Of a stretch of DNA of 64,000 nt, positions 36,538 through 46,577 are shown one piece after another. Position 1 is the stretch's first letter. Every line of letters begins with the position of its first letter. The notes under the pieces were generated by a model. It had not been told where the DNA came from. It did no database searches and worked only from the letters and a program-made list of their open reading frames with translations. Position numbers and translations under genes: made by a program. Location of the stretch: sequence record PZ452583.1; one strand, 5' to 3'. The DNA comes from a phage.

Positions 36538-36612
36538 TGGTGGCCCTGGGTGGAATTGAACCACCATCTGGCGATTATGAGTCGCTTGCTTGAACCTTCC
36601 AGCTACAGGGCC
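36538..36612 (-). tRNA. tRNA with anticodon CAT (elongator Met, or Ile if lysidine-modified as in T4 tRNA-Ile)
   Basis: 75 nt; acceptor GGCCCTG/CAGGGCC; anticodon loop CTCATAA; CCA encoded. Confidence 0.75.
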
Positions 36613-36613
36613 T

Positions 36614-36689
36614 TGGTGCTGATTGACGGAATCGAACCGCCGACCTTCTCATTACAAGTGAGTTGCTCTACCTACTGAGCTAAATCAGC
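36614..36689 (-). tRNA. tRNA-Thr (anticodon TGT)
   Basis: 76 nt; anticodon loop CTTGTAA; CCA encoded. Confidence 0.85.
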
Positions 36690-36694
36690 AAAAC

Positions 36695-36784
36695 TGGCGG
36701 AGGCGATAGGATTTGAACCTATGAGTCGCCGGAGCGACTGCCGGTTTTCAAGACCGGTGCATTAAACCACTCTGCCACGCCTCC
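36695..36784 (-). tRNA. tRNA-Ser (anticodon TGA), long variable arm
   Basis: 90 nt; anticodon stem-loop CCGGT-CTTGAAA-ACCGG; CCA encoded. Confidence 0.85.
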
Positions 36785-36786
36785 AG

Positions 36787-36860
36787 TCTCCATACAAGGA
36801 TTTGAACCTTGGACCTCCTGATCCCAAATCAGGCGCTCTACCAAACTGAGCTACACGGAG
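36787..36860 (-). tRNA. tRNA-Pro (anticodon TGG); 3' CCA not encoded, 2 nt from tRNA-Ser
   Basis: 74 nt; anticodon loop TTTGGGA; Pro-Ser dimeric arrangement as in T4. Confidence 0.8.
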
Positions 36861-36870
36861 TAAATTAAAT

Positions 36871-36944
<74 letters not shown>

Positions 36945-36949
36945 AAATT

Positions 36950-37036
36950 TGGTGCGAGAAGTGGGACTCGAACCCACAAGGAAATCATTCCGCAGCATTT
37001 TAAGTGCTGTGCCTTTACCAATTTGACCATTCTCGC
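36950..37036 (-). tRNA. tRNA-Leu (anticodon TAA), long variable arm
   Basis: 87 nt; anticodon stem-loop CAGCA-CTTAAAA-TGCTG; CCA encoded. Confidence 0.85.
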
Positions 37037-37042
37037 GTTATA

Positions 37043-37651
37043 TTATTTATTACGTGAAAAAGACTGTTCTATCAATTCTGGACACTTTCGTTCTATCCAT
37101 TTTCTAGCTTTTTGTGGGCTTATACCTATTATTTTAGCAGCTTTACTAACCCATCCAAATTTAGAATAATCGATTTTAACTAATTCTTCGTAAATTTCAT
37201 TAGTTAAAATCTTTTCATTAATATTTACCAGTAAATGATATAATTTGTTATCATTAGCAATTTTAATGAATCTTTTATAGTTTCCGCCTTTACTTAAACC
37301 TAATGAAGTAATTGCAGATGATATAGTAGCCGAATTTAATAATGCGTTTAAAATTTCTTCATCACTAACATTATAACGCTTTTTATTATTTTTAATATTT
37401 TTACCAGCAAAAGTATCAGTTTGCGAATGACAGTTTGGACATAATAATCTTAAATTTGATTTAAGATGATTTTTGTTATTTCCATCAATATGGTCTAATT
37501 GCAGAACAATATGCTTATTTTGCCATTTTGAAATTTTACAAATTGCACACTCATATGGAAAAATATTTTCTTTTATTATTTTGTCTTTCAGCTTTCCTGT
37601 ACTAAAATTTGGATGTTTTCCTTCAAAAATTTCAGCTAATTTAGTATCCAT
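37043..37651 (-). mobile_element. HNH homing endonuclease, 202 aa, 7 nt upstream of tRNA-Leu
   Basis: HNH core CAICKISKWQNKHIVLQLDHIDGNNKNHLKSNLRLLCPNCH plus C-terminal helix-turn-helix-like region; ORF-track start is TTG at 37675, first ATG 37651. Confidence 0.8.
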
Positions 37652-37750
37652 AATATGATTCCCAATTATTAACAAAGGCTCTCAAATAAGAACCCTTGAT
37701 GATAGAGGGTATTAATCAGTGCGGTATGAGTTAATAATAACAAATAATTC

Positions 37751-38266
37751 TTAAAGCAAATCAACCATTTTAACAGTCGGCAAAACAATTTCTTCTTCGA
37801 TATAAGCAAATTCTACATGTTCAACTACACGCAAGAAATCATATTCATAGTATTCAGAAGCATGACCAAGAATATCAATGAGGCCTTCAGATATCTTATT
37901 ACCATTCACAAAGAATAAATCAAATACACGTTCTTCATCTTCTTCGGATTTATTACCAAGGTCAACTTCTATATCAAAGACCTTTTTAATGAATTCTGGA
38001 TAAAGTTGGTCTGAGAACAGTCCTTCAACCAAATATTCATATATAAAAAGCTCTTGCTCGCTGAACAACCCATTACCACAATAACGGTCAGCTTTAGTGC
38101 TAGAATGACGACTCTTAAACTTCTTCAAAAGATATTTAAATTGTTGGAGCTCATGCTCTTCTACGCCAAACAGTGTTTTGGTTTTATAGTTATCACCATC
38201 ATTTTCCCAGGTAGTGACATCAATTACGTAACCCTTAGGAATTGTGCTGCCTAAACGAATATTCAT
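37751..38266 (-). CDS. Hypothetical acidic protein, 171 aa
   Basis: ATG verified. Confidence 0.55.
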   Translation of the reverse strand: MNIRLGSTIPKGYVIDVTTWENDGDNYKTKTLFGVEEHELQQFKYLLKKFKSRHSSTKADRYCGNGLFSEQELFIYEYLVEGLFSDQLYPEFIKKVFDIEVDLGNKSEEDEERVFDLFFVNGNKISEGLIDILGHASEYYEYDFLRVVEHVEFAYIEEEIVLPTVKMVDLL

Positions 38267-38556
38267 TTGCTCACCATATTAATGTAAGTATATTCAATAC
38301 ATTCAAGACCCAAAGGATTCTTGAAAATATCATATTCAAGAGGACCTTTTTCTGTTTCAATAAAGAAATCAAAATTTACTGTATTAAATTTACGGTCTTC
38401 CTTCACTAATTTAACTTGAGAAGATGAACGGTCAACATAAACCTTTTCAACTTCAAAACACGTTAAAACGCCATAATCATCAATCAAGGCTTTAGCCGCG
38501 TCTTGATCATATTTATATCCATTTTCAATGGATGATACTTTTGCATAAAGAATCAT
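38263..38556 (-). CDS. Hypothetical protein, 97 aa
   Basis: ORF-track start is GTG at 38562; ATG 38556 (MILYAKVSS...); its 5' end is duplicated at 38991-39016. Confidence 0.5.
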   Translation of the reverse strand: MILYAKVSSIENGYKYDQDAAKALIDDYGVLTCFEVEKVYVDRSSSQVKLVKEDRKFNTVNFDFFIETEKGPLEYDIFKNPLGLECIEYTYINMVSK

Positions 38557-38561
38557 TATCA
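38536..38561. repeat. 26-bp direct repeat, copy 1 (24/26 identical to 38991-39016); spans the start of ORF 38263..38556
   Basis: Read directly: TACTTTTGCATAAAGAATCATTATCA versus TACTTTAGCATAAAGAATCATTGTCA. Confidence 0.7.
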
Positions 38562-38939
38562 CACTCCGTAGTCTATCTTGACCAATCTACCTTTGTAGTA
38601 GCCAAAGTTCTTTGGAAAGGCATCATACTCAAAGAAATCACGGTCAAGCGTTCTACATTCATCACCATCAACATCATTATAGAGCTTTTGCAAATCAGAT
38701 TTAAAAAGCTCCTTATCCTCAACTGGCTCTGCTTTGTGCATCACAACCATGAGACCAAATCTGTTTGAGTATGCTATTGGGCATAGGTGCTTGTTATCAT
38801 ACCCCTTCCACTGACCTTCTGTAAGATTGCTGAGCATACCCTGCACGAAGTATTTCCATGTCTTGGGGATAGGGAACTTAATAGCATACTTACGTGTTAG
38901 TAGTACCCATCTGGTTCCACCCGATTTAATTAATTTCAT
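38559..38939 (-). CDS. Hypothetical protein, 126 aa, between the two 26-bp direct repeats
   Basis: ATG verified. Confidence 0.55.
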   Translation of the reverse strand: MKLIKSGGTRWVLLTRKYAIKFPIPKTWKYFVQGMLSNLTEGQWKGYDNKHLCPIAYSNRFGLMVVMHKAEPVEDKELFKSDLQKLYNDVDGDECRTLDRDFFEYDAFPKNFGYYKGRLVKIDYGV

Positions 38940-38990
38940 AGTCTCAGCTACCTCAATATTAATTTAAGCAATATCATTCCTATAAGGTAG

Positions 38991-39016
38991 TACTTTAGCA
39001 TAAAGAATCATTGTCA
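38991..39016. repeat. 26-bp direct repeat, copy 2; encodes a vestigial 14-codon duplicate of the MILYAK start
   Basis: Minus strand reads ATG ATT CTT TAT GCT AAA ... then stop after 14 codons. Confidence 0.7.
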
Positions 39017-39424
39017 GCCTCTATCAACGATAGCATGAGTATGGGCATTTACGATTTGCCACCAGTCGAAACGATTGGAACCATAATCTGGTTTATTTTC
39101 ATTTTCTTTAATGATATCACGCAGCTTATCTTCTGTTTCAGCATACGCAATTAAATCATCATATCCACCGCAAGGATAATAATTATCACCTGCGAATAAA
39201 AGAAAATTTACCTTAGATGGATTTACGTAATAATGGTCTTTAGGATATTTAGTTCCTCTCCAATCAGTTACTTCAACATAACGGTAAGAAAATCCATTTT
39301 TACTTTCAATCCAACTCCACGCTTCAAAAGGAGTATTAAAAACTTTATCAGGTATTAAATTACCTTCAAAATGAGAAGGATTTGCATAATCCCCGGCATA
39401 AACATAATATTCGTTAATACTCAT
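39014..39424 (-). CDS. Hypothetical protein, 136 aa
   Basis: ATG verified. Confidence 0.55.
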   Translation of the reverse strand: MSINEYYVYAGDYANPSHFEGNLIPDKVFNTPFEAWSWIESKNGFSYRYVEVTDWRGTKYPKDHYYVNPSKVNFLLFAGDNYYPCGGYDDLIAYAETEDKLRDIIKENENKPDYGSNRFDWWQIVNAHTHAIVDRG

Positions 39425-39610
39425 TTATTCACCTTTAGAAATTTTATCCATAACGATAGCGATTAAACCAATTAAAAATGCTACTACAAGCGAAAACACA
39501 TTTTCTGCTGTAGTTAATAATCCGCATATAAATCCAACAAACATTGAAAAACTAAAAGCGGAAGCAGAAATTGCAATAGCAACATTTCGAATTAATTCAC
39601 AACGTTTCAT
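39425..39610 (-). CDS. Small membrane protein, 60 aa
   Basis: ORF-track 5' extension is promoter read-through; ATG 39610 with SD GAGGAG; one TM helix. Confidence 0.5.
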   Translation of the reverse strand: MKRCELIRNVAIAISASAFSFSMFVGFICGLLTTAENVFSLVVAFLIGLIAIVMDKISKGE

Positions 39611-39634
39611 TTTATTCTCCTCAGTAGTTGATAG

Positions 39635-39690
39635 GGTAATAGTATCACTACTAAAACCCCGTGTAAACAACTTTGTGAAATTATTTTAAA
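39635..39690. repeat. Promoter-plus-stem-loop direct repeat, copy A (47/56 identical to 39966-40021), downstream flank of the IPI-like gene
   Basis: Shares GGTAATAGTATCACTAC and GTGTAAACAACTTTGTGAAATTATTTTAAA with copy B; contains early promoter 39639..39668. Confidence 0.7.
39639..39668 (-). promoter_or_regulatory. T4-type early promoter (GTTTAC, 18 bp, TACTAT)
   Basis: Read on minus strand; -10 flanked by AGTAGT/ACTACT inverted repeat. Confidence 0.6.
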
Positions 39691-39938
39691 TCTTCTAATC
39701 GTTTCTTCATCTTAGAACCATTTTTAGCGATTTCTCCTGCGTCAGAGCATAATGCTAAAAGTGCTTTAACTTTAGTTTGGTCTCCTTTAAAAGACGAAGG
39801 ATCGACTGCAGCAGCAAGTTCTTTAATACGAGAGAAAAGACGCTCAGCTTCAGCTAAAGCCATTCCAAGCTTTACTTCCATACCATGAGAAGATTCAGTG
39901 ATAATAGTTTCTGTAGCAAACTCTTTATAAGTTTTCAT
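39681..39938 (-). CDS. Internal-protein-like capsid-packaged protein, 85 aa, at the T4 ipI position
   Basis: N-terminus MKTYKEFATE matches the IP capsid-targeting consensus; adjacent to 57B; flanked by promoter-containing direct repeats. Confidence 0.65.
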   Translation of the reverse strand: MKTYKEFATETIITESSHGMEVKLGMALAEAERLFSRIKELAAAVDPSSFKGDQTKVKALLALCSDAGEIAKNGSKMKKRLEDLK

Positions 39939-39965
39939 TTTATTTTTCCTAATTAATTTTGATGA

Positions 39966-40708
<743 letters not shown>

Positions 40709-40709
<1 letters not shown>

Positions 40710-41434
40710 TATAGTACCTTTAGTGTATTTTTAATTTTAGAAAAAAGTTCTTCAAGAGAACCATCGTTTGTAATTACTAAATCGCCATCACGAATTGGCA
40801 ATCCAGCTTCTGTAATATGTGTATCATTGGATTTTTGACCAGGACGAACTACATGAATTACTGTAGCACCCATCGCCCTAGCCGCATCCATTTCATGATC
40901 TTGACGAGTATCAGGAACGATATAATAATCATAACCTGAGTTAAATTTATCAAGATAATCTAAAGCAAATAATTTTACCCAGTACATGCGGTCGAAGTTA
41001 TTAACAATCAAATCCGTACCTAGGGCTTGCATCAGACGACGGACTGACCATTGATCTTCAATATTATTTATAACGTCAATAATCTTGTTAAATGCTACGG
41101 AATTAACTGATTCTTGTCCTTCGTCATCAAAAACAAACACACCTTTAATCGGGCTTTTACCATTAAGATAGCAAAATGCTTGTTCCATAATCGTGATTAC
41201 TTCTAATTTAGTCAGATTTAAATTAGTCTCACGATCATAGTCAATTCCTTCAAACTCTTTACGAGTTAAGCAAGGATAGTCAGTGTTTGCTGCAAATACT
41301 CCCCATGCATAAGCCAATGCATCCTTAATAGGACCAGCAAGTTGGTATTTAACTGCAGAATAATTGCTCATGATAAAATCAGCAGTAGTATCTTTTCCAC
41401 TACGCTTTACACCGCTTAAAAAGATTAGTTTCAT
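40709..41434 (-). CDS. 1: Deoxynucleoside monophosphate kinase gp1
   Basis: 241 aa from ATG 41434 (MKLIFLSGVKRSGKDT...); P-loop; ORF-track 5' extension removed. Confidence 0.92.
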
Positions 41435-41483
41435 GTGTTTCTCCTCAAATTTAATTAAGATTATAACACACAAAACTGAAGCA

Positions 41484-42014
41484 TTAAACTTCTGCTATAA
41501 TTTTTCCATCTTTTTCTACTTGAAAATAGGTGTAAGGAATCGTTGCAGTACATACTAAAGCCGGGTCTGAATCTTCCGTATAGCTAAATTCTACTTCAGA
41601 TAGGTCAGAAACCCAAGGCTTATAAAAATTTATTGACATCACGATTTCAGTTTTGCTATTATCTAAGATGTAAAGCGTAATGTACTCAGGACCTGTTTTT
41701 TGGGCAGTATTTTCACCTGTAAGATAGTTGCTAGTTCCTAGCATCCATTCATACATTCCTATCCACGACTTAAGTTCTTCATCAACTATAAATCTCACAA
41801 TGAGTGGATCATACTCAAATGTAACACCTGGACGTTGTGCTCGACCCAGTCCAAACGGCCCAGTCACGGTATCAGTAACAGGTATTCTAATTCCTGGAAT
41901 AGGAACTGACTGAGCATTTAAAGTAAAAGCAGATGTAGTATTACTATGTGGTATTGATACTACAAAGTTAGTTGTATTTGCTTGGTTAAAAATTTGTTGC
42001 AGAGCTTGCGACAT
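41484..42014 (-). CDS. 3: Tail completion / sheath stabiliser gp3
   Basis: 176 aa from ATG 42014 (MSQALQQIFNQANTTNFVV...); position between genes 1 and 2. Confidence 0.85.
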   Translation of the reverse strand: MSQALQQIFNQANTTNFVVSIPHSNTTSAFTLNAQSVPIPGIRIPVTDTVTGPFGLGRAQRPGVTFEYDPLIVRFIVDEELKSWIGMYEWMLGTSNYLTGENTAQKTGPEYITLYILDNSKTEIVMSINFYKPWVSDLSEVEFSYTEDSDPALVCTATIPYTYFQVEKDGKIIAEV

Positions 42015-42120
42015 ATATTCCTCATAATGCTTTATAACTGTTGGTGGTATAATGGGTCTAAGTCCCTTCCATTCAATTCCATTTAGAACAAACAACAGAA
42101 AAGAATGGAAGATAATAGAA

Positions 42121-42945
42121 TTAGATATTTGACCAGACTTTGTTTGCAGAGAAACGTTTTCCTTTTGAAACGAACTGCTGAAGTGGCATCAACACAACGT
42201 TCGCCCAGTCTTTCGGGGCGATTTCAACAAGACTACCCATAATATTACCGGGTATATATGCCTTAATCATTTGGTCTGCACCCCTAAATCCTTTCACTTG
42301 ACTCCAATCAATTTTTAATTTCGTTTTATTAGTAATAGTAGGTGTATTTGAATATTGCTTTAAAAGCTCTTCTAGAAATTGCTGACGAGCTTTAGGTGGA
42401 ATATAGTGCAAGTTCAATCCGTACATTAAATTATGCTTACCTAAACCAAGGTAAATTATCAAAGGAAATTTATCCCAGTAAGGAAGAGTTTCCTTGTGTT
42501 TAGCATCATAAGCAAAAGCATATATTCGTCCCGGCTGCGGGCGAACAACTTTATGTCCTTTTACTTGCTTAATAGTTTCAGCAAACCATTTTCTGGTTTT
42601 ATTATTAATTGCTGCGCCTTCATTACGAATTTTATCGCGCAATGTTTGTCTGAATGAATTTATCATAAGCAGTTGTCTTTCTTGCTTATTGAGCTTATTC
42701 ATTGGTTTTGATTCAAGCTTTTGAATCTTTTCAGCCGTTTTAATTCCTGAAGCATATTTTGACATTGCCGAAGTAAACGTAGAGTATTTGATTCCTCTTT
42801 CTTCAGCAAATTGTTTTCCTGTCATTCCTTTTGCTTTGGCCTTTTTATATTCAAGACCTATCTGAATCCATTTCTTTTCGTTTAATGATTGCTTAACCTT
42901 TGGAACTTGGGGAGTGCTTTCATTAATTATTTGAAAAATAGCCAT
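42121..42945 (-). CDS. 2: DNA end-protector protein gp2
   Basis: 274 aa; position and size as T4 gp2; coupled to gene 4 stop. Confidence 0.85.
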   Translation of the reverse strand: MAIFQIINESTPQVPKVKQSLNEKKWIQIGLEYKKAKAKGMTGKQFAEERGIKYSTFTSAMSKYASGIKTAEKIQKLESKPMNKLNKQERQLLMINSFRQTLRDKIRNEGAAINNKTRKWFAETIKQVKGHKVVRPQPGRIYAFAYDAKHKETLPYWDKFPLIIYLGLGKHNLMYGLNLHYIPPKARQQFLEELLKQYSNTPTITNKTKLKIDWSQVKGFRGADQMIKAYIPGNIMGSLVEIAPKDWANVVLMPLQQFVSKGKRFSANKVWSNI

Positions 42946-43397
42946 TATGCCCCCTTAAAGCCAAGAGCTCGTAATCCATCTTCTGTTAGAATTCTAAATT
43001 TTATTCCACGCTTTTCAGCTAAAGATTGTGCTGCTTTCCATTTGTCAGTGTTCACAGACCAGGTATAAATTTCATTCATAAATCTTTTCTTCGCTGCGGT
43101 TGTTAGATGTGCTGGTTTAACTGGTGGTTGTGTTTCTTTTTTAGGTTTTATTTCAATAAAAAATTCTTGTCCAGAAGAATCTTTCATCCAAATATCCATG
43201 AAGTATCTACGTTTTTTCCCTTCTGCATTACAAAAATAAGGAATTACTGCTGTTTCACTACCCCATGCAATAATTTCTGGATTTTTATCTAACCATTCAA
43301 AAAAGAATTTTTCCCAATTTGATCTATACGTAATTTTTTTAGGGTCACCTCTATACTTTGATATATTTTTAGGAACCCATTTTCCAGAATATGCCAT
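42945..43397 (-). CDS. 4: Head completion protein gp4
   Basis: 150 aa; first gene of the minus-strand 4-2-3 unit, divergent from gene 53. Confidence 0.88.
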   Translation of the reverse strand: MAYSGKWVPKNISKYRGDPKKITYRSNWEKFFFEWLDKNPEIIAWGSETAVIPYFCNAEGKKRRYFMDIWMKDSSGQEFFIEIKPKKETQPPVKPAHLTTAAKKRFMNEIYTWSVNTDKWKAAQSLAEKRGIKFRILTEDGLRALGFKGA

Positions 43398-43408
43398 TGG
43401 ATTCTCCT

Positions 43409-43416
43409 TATAAATA
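43409..43416 (+). promoter_or_regulatory. Late promoter TATAAATA for gene 53
   Basis: Exact TATAAATA 29 nt upstream of the gene 53 ATG. Confidence 0.65.
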
Positions 43417-43423
43417 GATAATA

Positions 43424-43431
43424 TATTTATA
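43424..43431 (-). promoter_or_regulatory. Late promoter TATAAATA for gene 4 (divergent from the gene 53 promoter)
   Basis: Exact TATAAATA on minus strand 27 nt upstream of the gene 4 ATG. Confidence 0.65.
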
Positions 43432-43444
43432 AACAGGAGGGCCC

Positions 43445-44035
43445 ATGCTCTTTACATTTTTTGATCCGATTGAATATGCGGCCAAAACGGTGAATAAAAA
43501 CGCGCCGACTATTCCTATGACAGATATTTTTAGAAACTATAAAGACTATTTTAAACGCGCTCTTGCGGGATACCGCTTACGTACTTATTATATTAAAGGT
43601 TCACCACGCCCGGAAGAATTAGCAAATACTATATATGGAAATCCACAGTTGTATTGGGTTTTATTGATGTGTAATGATAATTATGACCCGTATTATGGAT
43701 GGATTACTTCACAAGAAGCTGCTTATCAAGCATCTATACAAAAATACAAAAACGTAGGTGGAGACCAAATAGTATATCATGTGAATGAAAACGGTGAAAA
43801 ATTTTATAATTTAGTATCATACGATGATAATCCATATGTTTGGTATGATAAAGGCGATAAAGCTAAAAAATATCCTCAATATGAAGGAGCGCTTGCTGCG
43901 GTCGATACGTATGAAGCTGCTGTTCTTGAAAATGAAAAACTTCGTCAAATAAAAATAATAGCAAAATCAGACATCAATTCATTTATGAACGACCTTATAC
44001 GTATAATGGAGAAATCTTATGGAAATGATAAGTAA
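43445..44035 (+). CDS. 53: Baseplate wedge protein gp53
   Basis: 196 aa; first plus-strand late gene; precedes gene 5. Confidence 0.9.
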   Translation: MLFTFFDPIEYAAKTVNKNAPTIPMTDIFRNYKDYFKRALAGYRLRTYYIKGSPRPEELANTIYGNPQLYWVLLMCNDNYDPYYGWITSQEAAYQASIQKYKNVGGDQIVYHVNENGEKFYNLVSYDDNPYVWYDKGDKAKKYPQYEGALAAVDTYEAAVLENEKLRQIKIIAKSDINSFMNDLIRIMEKSYGNDK

Positions 44036-45746
44036 TAACCTTAATTGGTTTGTTGGTGTTGTTGAAGATAGAATGGACCCATTAAAATTAGGTCGTGTTC
44101 GTGTTCGTGTTGTTGGTCTGCATCCACCTCAAAGAGCACAAGGTGATGTAATGGGTATTCCAACTGAAAAATTACCGTGGATGTCAGTTATTCAACCTAT
44201 AACTTCTGCAGCAATGTCAGGAATTGGAGGTTCTGTTACTGGACCAGTAGAAGGAACTAGAGTTTATGGTCATTTTTTAGACAAATGGAAAACTAACGGA
44301 ATTGTCCTTGGCACGTATGGTGGAATAGTTCGCGAAAAACCGAATAGACTTGAAGGATTTTCTGATCCAACTGGACAATATCCTAGACGTTTAGGAAATG
44401 ATACTAACGTACTAAACCAAGGCGGTGATGTAGGATATGATTCCTCTTCTAATGTTATTCAAGATAGTAACTTAGACACTGCAATAAATCCTGATGATAG
44501 ACCACTATCAGAGATTCCAACTGATGATAATCCAAACATGTCAATGGCTGAAATGCTTCGCCGTGATGAAGGATTAAGACTAAAAGTTTATTGGGATACT
44601 GAAGGATATCCGACAATTGGTATTGGTCATCTTATCATGAAGCAGCCAGTTCGTGATATGGCTCAAATTAATAAAGTTTTATCAAAACAAGTTGGTCGTG
44701 AAATTACAGGAAATCCAGGTTCTATTACAATGGAAGAAGCGACGACTTTATTTGAGCGTGATTTGGCTGATATGCAACGTGATATTAAATCACATTCTAA
44801 AGTAGGACCAGTCTGGCAAGCTGTCAACCGTTCTCGCCAAATGGCATTAGAAAATATGGCATTTCAGATGGGTGTTGGCGGCGTAGCTAAATTTAACACA
44901 ATGTTAACTGCTATGTTAGCAGGAGATTGGGAAAAAGCATATAAAGCCGGTCGTGATTCATTGTGGTATCAACAAACAAAAGGCCGTGCATCCCGTGTTA
45001 CCATGATTATTCTTACGGGAAATTTGGAATCATATGGTGTTGAAGTGAAAACTCCGGCTAGGTCTTTATCGGCAATGGCTGCGACTGTAGCTAAATCTTC
45101 TGATCCAGCTGATCCTCCTATTCCAAATGACTCAAGAATTTTGTTCAAAGAACCAGTTTCTTCATATAAAGGCGAATATCCTTATGTGCATACAATGGAA
45201 ACTGAAAGTGGACATATTCAGGAATTTGATGATACCCCTGGGCAAGAACGATACAGATTAGTTCATCCAACTGGAACTTATGAAGAAGTATCACCGTCAG
45301 GAAGAAGAACAAGAAAAACTGTTGATAATTTGTATGATATAACCAACGCTGATGGTAATTTTTTGGTAGCCGGTGATAAAAAGACTAACGTCGGTGGATC
45401 AGAAATTTATTACAACATGGATAATCGTCTTCACCAGATAGATGGAAGCAATACAATATTTGTACGTGGCGATGAAACTAAGACGGTTGAAGGTAATGGA
45501 ACTATCCTAGTTAAAGGTAATGTTACTATTGTAGTTGAAGGTAATGCTGACATTACAGTTAAAGGAGATGCTACCACTTTAGTTGAAGGTAATCAAACTA
45601 ACACAGTAAATGGAAATCTTTCTTGGAAAGTTGCTGGGACAGTTGATTGGGACGTTGGTGGTGATTGGACAGAAAAAATGGCATCTATGAGTTCTATTTC
45701 ATCTGGTCAATACACAATTGATGGATCGAGGATTGACATTGGCTAA
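44019..45746 (+). CDS. 5: Baseplate hub / cell-puncturing protein gp5 with lysozyme domain
   Basis: 575 aa; internal lysozyme domain (MAEMLRRDEGLRLKVYWDTEGYPTIGIGHLI); C-terminal beta-helix VxGN repeats. Confidence 0.95.
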   Translation: MEMISNNLNWFVGVVEDRMDPLKLGRVRVRVVGLHPPQRAQGDVMGIPTEKLPWMSVIQPITSAAMSGIGGSVTGPVEGTRVYGHFLDKWKTNGIVLGTYGGIVREKPNRLEGFSDPTGQYPRRLGNDTNVLNQGGDVGYDSSSNVIQDSNLDTAINPDDRPLSEIPTDDNPNMSMAEMLRRDEGLRLKVYWDTEGYPTIGIGHLIMKQPVRDMAQINKVLSKQVGREITGNPGSITMEEATTLFERDLADMQRDIKSHSKVGPVWQAVNRSRQMALENMAFQMGVGGVAKFNTMLTAMLAGDWEKAYKAGRDSLWYQQTKGRASRVTMIILTGNLESYGVEVKTPARSLSAMAATVAKSSDPADPPIPNDSRILFKEPVSSYKGEYPYVHTMETESGHIQEFDDTPGQERYRLVHPTGTYEEVSPSGRRTRKTVDNLYDITNADGNFLVAGDKKTNVGGSEIYYNMDNRLHQIDGSNTIFVRGDETKTVEGNGTILVKGNVTIVVEGNADITVKGDATTLVEGNQTNTVNGNLSWKVAGTVDWDVGGDWTEKMASMSSISSGQYTIDGSRIDIG

Positions 45747-45756
45747 TATACTTCCA

Positions 45757-46275
45757 ATGAGCGCTGATTTAGGAGAATCCATGGAAGGTTCTTCTATCGA
45801 CGTCACCTTTACCGCTCAATTAGAAACAGGTGAAACGTTAGTATCTATAAATATAACTAGTTACGAAGAAACTCCTGGGGTTTTAGTAGAAGAAAATCGC
45901 TTATACGGAACATATGAATCTGTGTTTGGATTTGGAAATGACGCGTTGAAATATCGTTTAGGTGATGAATTTAAAACTGCTGCTTCATGGGAAGAACTTC
46001 CTACTGATTCTGACACTCAGTTGTATTTGTGGAAAGCTCCTAAAAACCTCCAGAAGACATTCACTTACGAAGTAACATTAATATATGACTACCAAGAACA
46101 AAGTGAATCTGGAGGTTCTGGCAGTAATTCTAGGTCATCTTCTGATACTACTGAACCAACGGATCCTCCTGCTCCAATAAGAAAAACTCTCGTTAAAAAT
46201 TATACTAAAACTATAGTTGGAAATTGGAGTCGTTGGGCTAATAAATTGAGAAGCTATGTGTATGAGAGGCCATAA
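45757..46275 (+). CDS. 5.1: Hypothetical protein gp5.1-like, 172 aa
   Basis: ORF between genes 5 and 5.4; start placed at first ATG after the gp5 stop. Confidence 0.6.
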
Positions 46276-46569
46276 ATGTCAGGATTAAGTTATGATAAGT
46301 GTGTTACTGCTGGCCATGAAGCGTGGCCTCCAACAGTTGTGAATGCTACACAAAGTAAAGTATTCACTGGAGGAATTGCTGTTCTAGTAGCAGGCGATCC
46401 AATTACAGAACATACAGAAATTAAAAAGCCATATGAAACACATGGCGGAGTGACACAACCTAGAACTTCTAAGGTATATGTCACAGGAAAGAAAGCTGTT
46501 CAAATGGCTGATCCAATATCATGCGGTGATACTGTGGCTCAGGCATCATCTAAAGTATTCATTAAATAG
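46276..46569 (+). CDS. 5.4: PAAR-repeat spike-tip protein gp5.4
   Basis: 97 aa; position and size as T4 gp5.4. Confidence 0.85.
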
Positions 46570-46577
46570 GATTTAAA

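Noticed and set aside
36325-36567. ORF-track entries 36325..36567 (-), 36341..36535 (+) and 36870..37169 (+) over the tRNA array
   Set aside because: They are translations of tRNA genes; the region folds into ten cloverleaves.
37037-37120. Looked for a tRNA-Gln upstream of tRNA-Leu
   Set aside because: The sequence is AT-rich coding sequence of the HNH endonuclease with no tRNA-like stems.
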